Source of the DNA: Sphyrna mokarran | Lineage: Eukaryota | Direction: 5' to 3' | Assembly: GCA_024679065.1 (NCBI GenBank) | Contig: JAGIQG010000010.1 | Coordinates: forward strand, 64,852,001 to 64,916,000 | DNA length: 64,000 bases | Shown: positions 1-12,060 of the stretch, one piece after another | Position numbering within the stretch: the stretch's first letter is position 1 | Layout: each line of letters opens with the position of its first letter | Program-made: the position numbers and the translations under genes | Notes under the pieces: model-generated | Databases searched by the model: none | What the model saw: the letters and a program-made list of their open reading frames with translations, nothing else | What the model was told of the DNA's origin: nothing

Positions 1-33
1 AGTCAAATTTTTTTTTCAGTTTTAAAAAAAAGT

Positions 34-443
34 CTTGCCATTGAATACACCTTTTTTCATGATCAACAGCTGTTCCAAAGTGCTTTCCAACGAATGGTGA
101 ACTTTTGCAGTATAGTTATTGCTGTAATGTAGGAAACATGGCAACCAATTTGCAACAGCAAGCTCTCACAAATTGCAATGTGATAAGGACCAGATAATCA
201 ATTTTTATGATGTTAATTGAGAGGTAAATATTGGACAGAAGAATGGGGATAACTCCCCTACTTTTCTTCGAAAGGGATCATTTATACCTGAGCTGATAGA
301 CAGAGATTTGGTTTAATGATAGACATCACCTCTGACAATGCAGCAGTTCCTCGGTACTGCACTTGAGTATCAGCTAGATATTTTGTGTTCAAGTTCTTCA
401 GTGGATTTGAGCCTATATTCTTGAGGAGAGTGCTACTAACTAA
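34..443 (-). mobile_element. DeuSINE (SacSINE1-like) tRNA-derived SINE, degenerate
   Basis: Reverse-strand Deu-domain-like blocks (gtaatgtaggaaacatggcaaccaatttgc; gataaggaccagataatc; cagttcctcggtactgcacttgagtatcagc) and head remnant gagagtgctactaac. Similar copies at 24.0, 47.3, 53.3 and 54.0 kb. Confidence 0.75.
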
Positions 444-549
444 TTAGTTATACTCAAATCGAATGCTGCCTTGAGGGCAGTTATGCTCACTATTCTGAAG
501 TGTTAAGTAGGCATAAGTTTGGATGCCTTCACTGGTTCGCCAGATGAAG

Positions 550-2297
550 CTCCATAAAAATCAGGGGAAAGCTTGCACTCCAAACTAGTTATAGTGCATT
601 CAAAAAGAGGCCTGTTGTCGGCAGTTTTACTCTCAACGATCAGCAAAGTGATGAATAGTGTCATTGGCAGGGCCACCTACTTAACAATAATCTGCTTATT
701 GATGCTGAGTTTGGCTTCTGCTAGGACTATGTGGCTTCAAACCTCAGAACATTCTTGGTCCAAACATGAACAGAAGAGCATACGTCCTGAGGGGAGGGTG
801 ACTTCCCTTGACATCAAGGCACCATTTGGCTGAATGTGGCATCAAGGAGATCTAGAAAATTGGAGTCAGTGGGAATCCGGGGAGAATTCTCCGTTCATTA
901 GAGATTTAGCATGAAAGAAGATGTTTGCAATTATTGGAGATCAATCATTTCAATACCCAGGACATTGCTGCAGGAATTCATTGGGTAGTGTCACAGACAC
1001 AACCACATCCAGTTGCTTCATCAATAAACTTGCTTCCATTATAAGCTCAGAAGTTTGGATGTATGTTGATCATTGCAAAGTATTCATTCTATTAATAATT
1101 CCTCAAATAATAAAACAGTCCTGATTAGTGTGCAGCAAGACCTGGATAATATTTGGATAAATTAGTGATAAATAAGGTTCTCACTCTTACAAGTGCCAGG
1201 TACTGACCATCTCCAACAAGATAGTGTTCAACCACCACTCCGACTTTCAGCATGATTATCATAATTAAATCCCTACCAGCAACATCCTAGGGGTTACCAT
1301 TGAATGGTAACATTGAAACAGTGTGGAACCAGCCATATAAATACTGTGGCTACAAGGACAGGTCAGAAGCTGGGAGTTCTGTAGGGAGTAACTTGGACTC
1401 TCCAAAACCTTCCACTATCTATAAGATTCAAGTCAGGACTGTGATGGAATACTCTTCACTTTAATAAGTGTAACTCCAAGAACACTCAAGGAACTTAAAA
1501 CTATCTGGGACAAAGTCATTTGTTGGAGATCAGGTGTTTGACCTGGACTGCATGGTAGCACAGTGGTTAGTACTGCTACCTCACGATGCCCAAGACCCAG
1601 GTTCAATTCCGACCTTGGGTCACTGTCTATGTAGAGTTTGCATATTCTCCCTGTGTCTGCATGCTCCGGTTTCCTCCCACAATCCAAAGATGCGCGGGTT
1701 TGGTTGATTGGCCATGTTCAATTAATGCTAGTGTTGGGGGAATAGAAGGATAAATGTGAGGGGTTGTGGGAATAGGGCCTGGGTGGAATTGTGATCAATG
1801 TAGACTCAATGGACAGATTAGCCTCCTTCTGCACTATAAGGATTCTATGATTCAATGACAAAGCAGCCTGTATGTATTGGCAGCCCATGCACCATTTAAA
1901 ACATTCATGCTCTTCAGTGATGCACAGTGGTTAGGGTATGTACCGTCTACAATATACACTGCAAAAACGAAACATGGCTTCTTCACCAGCACTTCCCAAA
2001 TCAATAGTCTCGATCATTTCAAAGGACAAAGGCAACAAGTGCATGGGGATATCACCACCTGCAAATTCCTCTTGAAGTCACACCTCAACCTTGAATTGTA
2101 AATATATCCCCATTCCTTCATCATAGGTGGGTCAAAATCCTAGATTTCCAGAACAGCTTTTTGAAGGGTGTTCCTACACCACGTAGACTGTGGTGGTTCA
2201 TGATGGCAACTCACCACCACTTTCTTAAGAGTAATTCAAGATGAGCAACGAATGCTGGCTTTGCAGTAATGATTCTATCCCATGAACAAATAAAGGA
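550..2297 (+). mobile_element. Degenerate CR1/L2-group LINE, RT region to 3' tail, interrupted by a SINE at 1516-1856
   Basis: Decayed RT motifs: LDIKAPF (~LDIKAAFD), cag gaa ttc att ggg tag tgt (~GVPQGSV) and SEVWMYVDHC (~MFADDC). 3' tail ...aatgctggctttgcagtaatgattctatcccatgaacaaataaa. Many stops and frameshifts. Confidence 0.8.
1549..1853 (+). mobile_element. HE1-type V-SINE with CR1-derived tail
   Basis: tRNA-like A box (tagcacagtgg) and B box (ggttcaattcc), V-domain ggtttcctcccacaatccaaagatg...ttgattggcc, tail cctccttctgcactataaggattctatgattc. Flanking direct repeat gacaaag at 1509-1515 and 1857-1863. Confidence 0.9.
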
Positions 2298-5200
2298 AAA
2301 ACTCAAGCAGTTTCAGTCAGCAGGTTCCTATGATACAATAGGATGCAGTTGAAATCATTTTTTGTGAGACCAGGAGGAGGAGTATCAGTCTTCTTCTGGG
2401 TTATCTTAAAATTCTCTTGTTGCTCTCAAGCTAATCTGCCCAATTCTGCAATAGCATCCTGATGGATCTACCTTGCTTTCTGCTGGGTCATCTTCCAGCT
2501 TGTGCAATATTGCACCAGTTCGGAGCTGATAAGCTACTAGTGCCTGACTGATTGCCAAAACCTGCTGGAGACATGCTGCACCAGTGCCGAGTGTAATTTG
2601 TGTGATTGTGCATGTTACTATTTAAATAATTAAGTAAATTGAAAATGCAACCTGAGGTATTGGAAATTAGCAAGCAATGTTGCAGTGCCTTGGCTGCTAC
2701 AATAACTCATTAGCTAACATTGCTACTAACCTTTGACATTATCCTGATATTTTGAATGACAACTAGAGATTCCTGGAATATTGTCATCGTCATCCCCAAG
2801 ACTTCCTAACTTGTCTGTTCAAACCAGTTGCAGAGTGGCAAGAGTGTTGTTGGTCCTAAATGACACTCCTTGTTTTGTCCCAATCATTTCTGAAATGATC
2901 AGCCATCTGTTTAATCAAAGTCCCTTTTAAATACCCAAATTAAAATGATGGCAGAATCCCAAAGATTGCAATTTATGCACACCAACAATCTGTCAAATAA
3001 AAATTTAAATTAAGTCACTGTTAAATGTTTCAAGCAGTTTAGCCCTTTTGTTGCTCTTTCTACTATTTGGCAGATGGGAAAGAAATGGATGGGGGTTGAG
3101 CAGCTTATTTTGATGTTCAGGCCCACCTTCAAACAGACAATTTTCCAGGTAATGTGTATTACATAGACAAATATGTCAAGCTGATATTGCATTGCAGTGT
3201 GGCAGGGGAGATCTAGATTTACTGTTTAATGAAAAACAACAAATCAATATAATTTGCATTTTTGAATGCTCTTGTTTTACTCAGAAATATTCTTCCTTGA
3301 CTGCATGGGAATTATGGACAGATCAATTTGAAATTAATTGGAGAGTTCATGTCTGGTCTGTAGGCAGCTAATAAATACAGTAGAGCGAAGTTGTAAGATT
3401 TAAAAATGCACGACCTTGTCCTTCCAGAAGAAACTAATGCACCAAATGCTGCTGCAGTGAATGTCCTAAACCCTGATCCATTTGTACAGATGCCATTGAA
3501 TAGATTGAGTCTGCTGCTGTTTTACAAGAAACATCATGTTCAATAAACTTGCTGGGTGAATTTTCATCTCGCTGTGTGGTGATAAAATCCTGCTGCTGAG
3601 TCCTCATTTGGAGCATCTCTCATTGTTAACTTACAGTATTCGCGATCAGCATTCACGTGTTTGATGCTGAATGTCAGATGTTCAGACTCTTGCATGCTTT
3701 TAAGCAGATACTCTGGCAGATGATGAATTCCAGGATTGTGTTCCCCAAAATGCTGGAAAAGTGACCGCAGACAGATAGTTGATATAAAGCTACACTTTTC
3801 TCAGACGCTTTATGACTTGTGATGCTGATTATGTTATGAATACACCAGTTTGATCATGGTTTACAACATAGCGTAAGAAAAGAAATTAAACCAGAACAGA
3901 GATGTGACTGATACTGCTATGGTTGAATACCAGACAATCCTCACTGAGCCCAGATTAAACTTGACAATTCTAGTTAATGTTTTCATGTGTTTTTAAAAAG
4001 ACAATTCCTCTACACAGCAGATACAATACCATAAGCAAGACAAACAATGGATGGCCTGCTCCCAATAAACATATCCCCTCTGATTTCTGGCTTCCCCAAT
4101 TGTTGTCACCCCCCTCTCCCTCCATTGAGTATCCCCTCTCATTGATTGCTGGCTCTGCCAGATCACCAGCCCCTACATCCCAATACAGAGTTCCCCCCGT
4201 CCTCCCCTCCAACAAACCTCAACCCCACTCCTTTGGCACTGCCCAATGCTTGGTAGGCAGTGCCAGCTTGTCTGGTGGGCAGTGCATGGGACACAAGGCT
4301 GATTATGTCAGTAAAAATGACCTGGGATGATCGCAACTGGCCTGGTCACAATTTCTTTTTTTAAGCTTCCTGCTAAAATTTCCCACCCCACTATGCTACT
4401 CGACCAACATAACAGGGTAGAAAGATTGCACCTAATATCCTTCACATTTAAATTAATTTTCACATTATGGAAAGAAATTATAGTTGGATTAAAATAAAAG
4501 TTCAAATAAAGAGAATTGAAATGTGTGGTTTTTTAAAATCATTTTATAGAAATGTGATATCAACAAATATGAAATTAGCTTTCAGGTTAGTGAGTATACT
4601 TAGCAATAATTATGAAACTTAAAACCATCAATTTAACAAGGGGTTTTTACCTCTAACAGGCTATTATGCTGAAGTATCGTAACTATGATTATAAGATCAA
4701 TTCTAACATCATTATTCACAGGTTCATGCTGGTTGTTGAATGTTGAAGATAGCCGTTCATTAAGCTTAAAGCTCAGGATATGTGGAAGCTGTTTACCATT
4801 TTCTACAATATCACTGGATGTATAAATTATTCAATAATTGTGCCTGAAGCAACAGTGAGTGTATAGTGGAGGCCAGGTGATTCTGCTGGGGGATTAATGT
4901 TTGCATAGACCTAAACTTATGTTGCTGGCTGGAATCTGGAGCACATTGTGACACTAGGAGAATTTTTAAAAACAGGTAATAAGTGATAACAGCACTGTTA
5001 CTGTCAATGATCAATTTCCAACCAACAATTGTCATGTTACTTAACAGTACCTACTTAAAATTCAACTATTGGTAAATGACCTCAGACCCCACAGCATTGG
5101 GTACACTAATGTTTAAGTTGCCAATTTTTAAACCCATTTTAAATAATATGTACATGGATTCATTTTGAAAGAATGCACCTTGCTAGTAGTTTTAGTCTGA

Positions 5201-7104
5201 TTAGAAACAGAAACTTGAATAAAAATAATATCGTGGATACAGCAGAGCAGACAGTGTTTGATTTCAGTTCATTGGTGACTGAGTTGCCTCCCTCCAGGCT
5301 AATTGTGCTGCTAATCAATAAAGCCTTTCATTTGTTAATTGCTAAGCTTGTTTTCTATAAATTCTATTCAGAAATAAGAAAACCCAGAACCAAAATCTTT
5401 TTCTAGGTCCCCGTCCCATTCTCTCTCTCCCCTTCTCCCCCCTCCCTCTGATATACTGAATGACTAGCCCCTGGGAATTAGCAAGCATCCAACATCTAAG
5501 TGACCTTTGTTCGCATGAACCCCATTAGTGAAGGGCAGATTTTCTGATCAAGGAGAGATCAGATTGAAAGGGGGACAATATAAGAGAGGAACTCACAAGA
5601 AGCATAATGCACTAACCTGAAATTTCAGCTTGGAAATCAGCTGAATATTTAGAGAACAGAATCCTTTCTAATTCATGTAAATGTATTCTTATGCAATGCA
5701 GTAATGCAAGGCGAGGTGTTGCAATCTTTAATCCCCATGACTTTTGAAGACATCTTCATTTGGCAAAACTGCACGTACATCTTGGATATTGCCAAGTGTC
5801 TGTGGGGGTGCGGAGAAGAATAATGATAAGTTAGTTATTCAAGGGAACAAGACATGCTCCATTAACTTCCTACATTTACGTAGCACACATTAACAAATGT
5901 GCATGATGTTTCTGATGATAGCTTTGATAAAAGACATACCAATTTAGGATGCAATGTGACATCTCCTACAAGTCACTTTGCAGGATGTGACACAACCCTG
6001 TCTCCTTATGAATTACGGTACGCTCAAACATTAATATACTAACTGTTCTAAGTAGATACGACAGTGCCAATGGTTTAGTATAGAGCACCATAACTTGACT
6101 CCTTTATGACTCTCTATTGATCATCCTATTCTCCATCAATAATACAATCACAGGAGAATTCACACAGGGAAACCATTATACAACCATTAATTCCATTGGG
6201 ACAAAAATGGCACTGATCCGATGGTTACTACAAAGTACCTGGACAACTAAGTGACAAGAATAAATATAAATAATGATACATAATAAAATGTAACATGATG
6301 AGAAAAACCTTCTAAAGTCTTCAGAAAAGTTACTTTATTATTCAACCAACAACTGAGGTTCTAACAAATCTGAATGCTTATTTTGTCATAGATAAGGAAA
6401 TCATTGAATTTTTGTGGAATCACCACCAAATTGTCTGAAGGTCAGTAATATGTTATTAGGATTTCTTTATTGAAATGGTGGAAGCCCAATAATACTGGAA
6501 AAAAATCTCTACAAACATTAATACCAAATGAATTGAGAACCGATACAACAGTTTCCCAATCTAATTTCCAATGTACTAAGTTTTTTTTGAAGAATTTAGG
6601 AATGAGTATTAGCAGCTTTTTTGACCAATAGACAATACAGCCAGGCCAATCCAGTCTTTACCTGACATTTACTCATACTCGCTTCCCAGCACTCAGTGAA
6701 GAGTAGGAACTCTAGCAGTACGCAAGCCTATTCTTGGGTCACAAAGAGCAGTTGGAGCATTCCTGCCACCAGCTGTTCTTGTTTAAATTATTGTACTTAT
6801 TTTGGCCAACTTTGTGAATCTTACCATTTATTTGCATGCCTTGACAGTCATCCTTTATTGCAGAGATCAAAATACAAAAGCCTGGGTCAGTCTTAACAGT
6901 CAATGCTGCCTCATAAAAGCTGTTATTCAGCTGTGTTTGAATTTCCCCTTCTTTAACTACCAATTCAACATGTCAACAAAATAACCAAAGTCACAACAAG
7001 ATCCTTGTGGTTCTAATGAACATTCCTGCATGTCTTACTTGGAGAAGATTTGCTGAGTTCTTTCATCTGCCAGGGATTCTGATTCCAATGTAACATATGC
7101 CATT

Positions 7105-7236
7105 AGCTGGACTGTCTGACTTCACCCCAGCTGAGACTCTCAGGTCCCACTGCTGTGAATCAAGATTCGGCTAAATGTTAAATTCTCCAATCTCACTGGC
7201 AGCAGCAGCAGGCGTGAACGGTGGAGAATTCTGGCC
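7105..7236 (-). mobile_element. ~135-bp MITE-like element (GGCYRGAATT termini)
   Basis: Its reverse complement aligns end to end with 37442-37579. Terminus ggagaattctggcc. Confidence 0.6.
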
Positions 7237-7340
7237 ACATCTTTTTATTATAGCTGTCAATGGATGGTTCGTTACAATAAATACTGAGTTGTAACAGTAG
7301 TGATAGTTCTTGGAATGCAAGCTTTTACTTATGGAGATGT

Positions 7341-8492
7341 GAACATAGAACATTACAGCACAGAACAGGCCCTTCGGCCTTCGATGTTGTGCTGACCAAT
7401 ATAAAAAGCAATGCCCCTCCAAACTAAACCATTCCCTTCTCTTCCATATACTTATCAACTAAGCTCTTAAACGCCACCAAACTTGGCGCATCTACAACCG
7501 CTGCAGGCAGGGCATTCCACTCCCGAACCACCCTTTGGGTAAAGAACCTGCCTCTGATATCCGTCTATAACTATCACCCCTTAATTTAAAGCTGTGTCCC
7601 CTCGTGCTAGCTTTCTCCATCCTAGGAAAAAGGCTATCACTGTCCACCCTATCTAAACCTCTAATCATCTTATATGTTTCAATAAGGTCTCCTCTTAGCC
7701 GCCTTCTTTCTAACGAAAACAACCTCAAATCCCTCAGCCTCTCATCATAAGACCTGCCCTCCATACCAGGCAACATCCTGGTAAACCTCCTCTGTACCCT
7801 CTCCATGCCTCCACATCTTTCTTATAATGTGGGGACCAGAACTGCACACAATACTCCAAGTGCAGCCGCAATAGAGTTTTGTACAGTTGCAACATGACGT
7901 TGCGGCTCCGAAATTCAATCCCCCTACCAATAAAAGCCAAGACTCCATATGCCTTCCTAACAACCTTTTCGACCTGACTGCCTACTTTCAGGGATCTATG
8001 CATATACACACCAAGATCCCTCTGTTCATCTAGACTACTAAGAATCCTACCATTTGCCCTATAGTCTACACATTTATTATTCCTGCCAAAGTGCATTACC
8101 TCACACTTTTCCACATTAAACTCCATTTGCCACCTCTCGGCCCAGCTCTGCAACTTGTCTAAGTCCCTCTGCAAACTATAAAACCCCTCTTCACTATCTA
8201 CCACTCCACCGACTTTAGTGTCATCTGCAAATTTACTAATCCATCCTTCAATACCCTCATCCAGATCATTTATAAAAATTACAAACAGCAGGGGCCCCAA
8301 AACAGACCCCTGAGGCACACCACTTGTAACCGAACTCCACGATGAATATCTACCATCAACCACCACCCTCTGTCTTCTATCTGCTAGCCAATTCCTAACC
8401 CAATTAGCTAAATCACCCTCTATCCCATAGATCTGCATTTTCTGCAGAAGTCTTCCATGGGCCACCTTATCAAACGCCTTACTAAAGTCCAT
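7341..8492 (-). mobile_element. Young 5'-truncated CR1 (HER1-like) LINE: RT C-terminal half and 3' UTR
   Basis: ORF 7734-8492 has DFSKAFDKV, SGVPQGSVLGPLLF, ISKFADDTK and LEYCVQFWSP. ORF 7492-7806 continues after one frameshift near 7805 (ERVQRRFTRMLPG, LFSLERRRLRGDLIE). Ends in a ttctatgttc tail repeat. Confidence 0.95.
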
Positions 8493-8956
8493 ACTTTAGT
8501 GAGTAATCTGTTTGCTAATATCTCCTAATTTATTCCAGATCACTAGTGATTGAGAATCTACTTCAGGTTTATGTTTAGAAACTGTTAAAAAATGTGACTT
8601 AAACAAGTTTATTTTCAAAGACTGCACTATTTGACTGCAAAATATTTCAAAAGGTAAGTAAATATGTAATTAGTCTGAACTGTTTTAATGTGCAAGATGT
8701 TGTAGGAAATGGAGATTGCCAGAGATCACTTCAGGTACTGTCCCATCCACAGAGCTGTGTATCTGCTGAATATTTCTAACATGCTCCTGAAATGCTGTAA
8801 TGATTCATACATTCTAAACCAATACCTTGTCAATGGGAACTGCTTCAGATGTTGGTTTTACAGTGGTGCAAATTAATACCCTAATTGGAATAAAACAGAA
8901 CTGAATTGTTAAAATTACTCAAGCCTAATGTTCATCACATTTAGTGATTTTGAATT

Positions 8957-9130
8957 CCAACAGCTTTATTTGGAATCGTGAGCTTTAGAAATGCTGCTCC
9001 TTCATTAGGTAGCTCATCTGATGTGCTCTGAAAGCTGGTGAATACAAATAAAACTGTTGGACTTTAACCTGGCATTGAGAGAATTGAATTCTTACTGTGC
9101 CCACCCCAGTCCAATGCCAGCATCTCCACA
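8957..9130. mobile_element. Short Penelope-like inverted-repeat element, copy 1
   Basis: Family terminus ccccagtccaatgccagcatctccaca; imperfect internal inversion centred near 9012; perfect 12-bp flanking direct repeat tgattttgaatt (8945-8956 / 9131-9142). Confidence 0.8.
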
Positions 9131-9154
9131 TGATTTTGAATTGGCTGTAGATTG

Positions 9155-9303
9155 CAATGCTTAAGACAGATCAGATTTTTATTAAGGAAAGATATGGAGA
9201 AATATGGATCAATACATTGAGATGAGGTACAGGGCTGGTATGCTCTAACTAAATGGTGGCAGAACAGGTTCAAGAGGTTGGGTGCCTGCTTCTGTTCCTA
9301 TAA
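9155..9303 (+). mobile_element. Old CR1 3' end fragment
   Basis: aaatggtggcagaacaggttcaagaggttgggtgcctgcttctgttccta resembles the CR1 3' UTR stem seen at 36950-37014. Confidence 0.55.
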
Positions 9304-10702
9304 TTTGCACTTTGTAACAAAATAGCACAACCCCCATGACAATTATTGGGGCTTTGCATTCCTGGATCATTTAAGATACAGGAACGCAATTGTGGACGTT
9401 ATTGAAAGCATCTTGGTAATACCTCTTACCATATTCTCTGGTGTTGGAATTGAGGATACTTAGAACATTTGTTTTCATAGAATATTATCCCCTTGTCTTA
9501 GCTTTGTGGATTTCTTTTTGCTTTTCAGTATCTTGGCCAGTGATATAGGACTAGGCTGCAGACTCTGATTTAAGACAATATTCTGATAAACACATGTTTC
9601 GACTGACACCGAACCATTCTGTAATAAGCACCATGGAACCTATGCAGGAGACAAATAAAAAAGGATTTAGAAAGGCGCCAAAATGTATTAGGTTGCTTTG
9701 GCATAAATTCCAATTTAATGAAAACGTACAATGAATGCCACGGTAGTTCAGTGAACAAAGAATATTTAACTTAGTCTTTTTTAATGTAATGTTGAGCCTC
9801 TTTTATTGCCTAAAATTCTGAAAAGTTATGAGTTTTTTCTTCCAGAGTAGATCTTATGTTGTGAAAAATTCAAATTTATACAAATTTGTGAAAATTGTAA
9901 TAATGTCTAGGACATTAGTTATGAATTTAGCCTTTGAAATTCTTTAAGAACTTGTGGTGCAACTGAATTTTTCTCAGGGGTTTGAGTTTTCAATTAAAGT
10001 TTGTGTAATTGCATTAAGATGGCTTATTCGTGAAATGACTGTGTTGGCAGTAATTATGCAATTTTGGATTGAAATGATAAGATTTATATTTCTGTTGTTG
10101 ACAGGAGTTCTGTATTTTTTGGTCTGAGTCTGTTTTATTCAGATCAAAAGGATTTGAAATCACAGTTCACTGGTGGAGATGATTGTCATGAAAAATGACA
10201 AGGCTGATTGAAGGATAGAAAAAAAATCTCAGACCAGCCCACATTTGGGTCTCATTTAGAATTGTGCAATGCATATGACACACGTAATTTTAATTGAGCT
10301 TCTTTCTGCTCTAGCTCAATTCAATGTCATGCTCCGTATCTTTAGCAGCCTTCAAAAGCTACAATTACACTTTGAATAATCCTTTCCCTGGTCAGAAGTG
10401 AAACTTATAAGGGTGTCATTTGTAATATGTCAGTGTGCTGCAAGGATCAGTATCTTGATGAGAGAGAGGCTGTAGGCATCTTTCTGGTTTATACTCATTG
10501 GTATCTGCTACCTGATTATTTATTTAAATGTTTTGCAGCCTTTCAGAGGCCAATATCTTTTCAAAATCTCTTTTAATAACAAAGCCAGTTTCTGACAATT
10601 AATATTGTGGAATAAAATGTATAGAATATTATTCAATGACGGAGCAGCTGTTTTGTATTTTCTCTCTATATTTTCAGAAGAAAGAGTGTGGTTGCATATG
10701 TA

Positions 10703-10802
10703 GGCCAGAATTGTCTGATCTGCACACTACCAGAGAATGGAGAATTTGGCAGAGGTGGGACTGAAGAATCGCAGCCGCAGGCAAGGTCCGAGAATTCCAG
10801 TT
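10703..10802 (+). mobile_element. MITE-like deletion derivative (same family as 37442-37579)
   Basis: Termini ggccagaatt / gagaattccag; internal ggagaatttggc and gtgggactgaagaatc blocks shared with the other copies. Confidence 0.5.
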
Positions 10803-11380
10803 GTTATTGCCTGTCGTAACAGTCCTTTCAAGACTGGTTTATTTTATGAAGCAGTGGTTCTGTTGTCTAGTCCTAATGCTGTGGGATTAATCTTGTTCAT
10901 ATTGTAGATGAGGATGGTTGAAGCTGACTAATTACCTCAAACTCCTCCCACGCAACTCTGACTCCATCCAACTTTGGTGTCGTGGTGCTTCCTCTCCCAG
11001 TGATGGAGTGGCTATTATAAATTCACATTAATAGATGCACAAAATAAGAAATGATATGTGAGGAAAAAAAATATACTGTTTTAGGCATCTGAAGCATAAT
11101 CAATTGTCATTGATTTTAAGATCGTGGTTTAACTAGTTGATCAGTGAATCTTTATAAATAGAAAATTTATTACACTTCTGAAGAAAAGCCTTGATCTCCT
11201 GACTTTCTCATTCGCAGAATCTTATCTTATGGTTTCCAGAAATTCAAAATAATCTTACTGTTTTACACAGTTTCCAGGAGTTGATATGGAATGTAATTCT
11301 CAGATCTCATCATGGGTTGTGGAATTCTACATTGTTGCTTTGTACTGAGTGATGTGGCACTCTGGATATTTATATATATG

Positions 11381-11534
11381 TAATGTGGATATGCTGGCAT
11401 AGGACTGGAGTGCACACAGTAAGAAGTCTCATACATCAGATTACACTCCTAATAAAGGAGCAGCGCTCCAAAAGCTTGAGCTACCAAATAAATCCATTGG
11501 ACTTTAACCTGATATTGTGAGACTTACGACGTGT
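11381..11534. mobile_element. Short Penelope-like inverted-repeat element, copy 2
   Basis: taatgtggatatgctggcataggactggagtgcacacagtaagaagtctc followed by an inverted unit containing cctaataaaggagcagcgctccaaaagctt. Flanks tttatatata / tttacatata. Confidence 0.8.
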
Positions 11535-11792
11535 ACCTTTACATATAGTTTCAGATAATATAGCAATATATCATAGAAATTATACATATGCCTTCTGACC
11601 TACTGTTTAGTCATTGGCATATTATTTGAATAATAATTTGGTGATCTACAGATCAGTGGTTGCCATAATACGGCTATGGGATTGTCAATTCCCTGAGATC
11701 TTCAAGATCTGTTACTTGAGTCTTAATCTACAATCTACTGACAAATGGAGCCTTATTGAGGCCTTATATAAAGGAACACCTAAAAGCCTAAA

Positions 11793-12060
11793 GGTGGCAC
11801 AATAGCACAGTCGTCAGCACTACTGCCTAGTGCCAGGGACCTGGGTTCAATTCCCAACTTGGTCAATGTCTGAATGGAATTTGCACATTTGCTCCTTATC
11901 TGCATAGGTTTCCTCCAGATGCCCTGATTTCCTCCCATAGTCTGAAAGATGTGCTGGTTAGATGCATTGACCCCGATCAAGCGCCAGGCTGTGGTGATGA
12001 GGGGAATTTCACAGTAACTTCATTGCAGTGTTAATGAAAGCCTTACTTGGGATTAATAAA
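11793..12060 (+). mobile_element. V-SINE (HE1-type head and V-domain) with alternative 3' tail
   Basis: Head ggtggcacaatagcacagtcg...ctgggttcaattccc; V-domain ttcctcccatagtctgaaagatgtgctggttag; tail cacagtaacttcattgcagtgttaatgaaagccttacttgggattaataaa. Confidence 0.85.

Noticed and set aside
1549-1625. tRNA genes at SINE heads (also 11793, 16800-16872, 60250-60320)
   Set aside because: A and B boxes are present but there is no intact cloverleaf, and each continues into a SINE body.
7734-8492. 252-aa ORF as a functional gene
   Set aside because: 5'-truncated, frameshifted CR1 RT fragment with no promoter or N-terminus.
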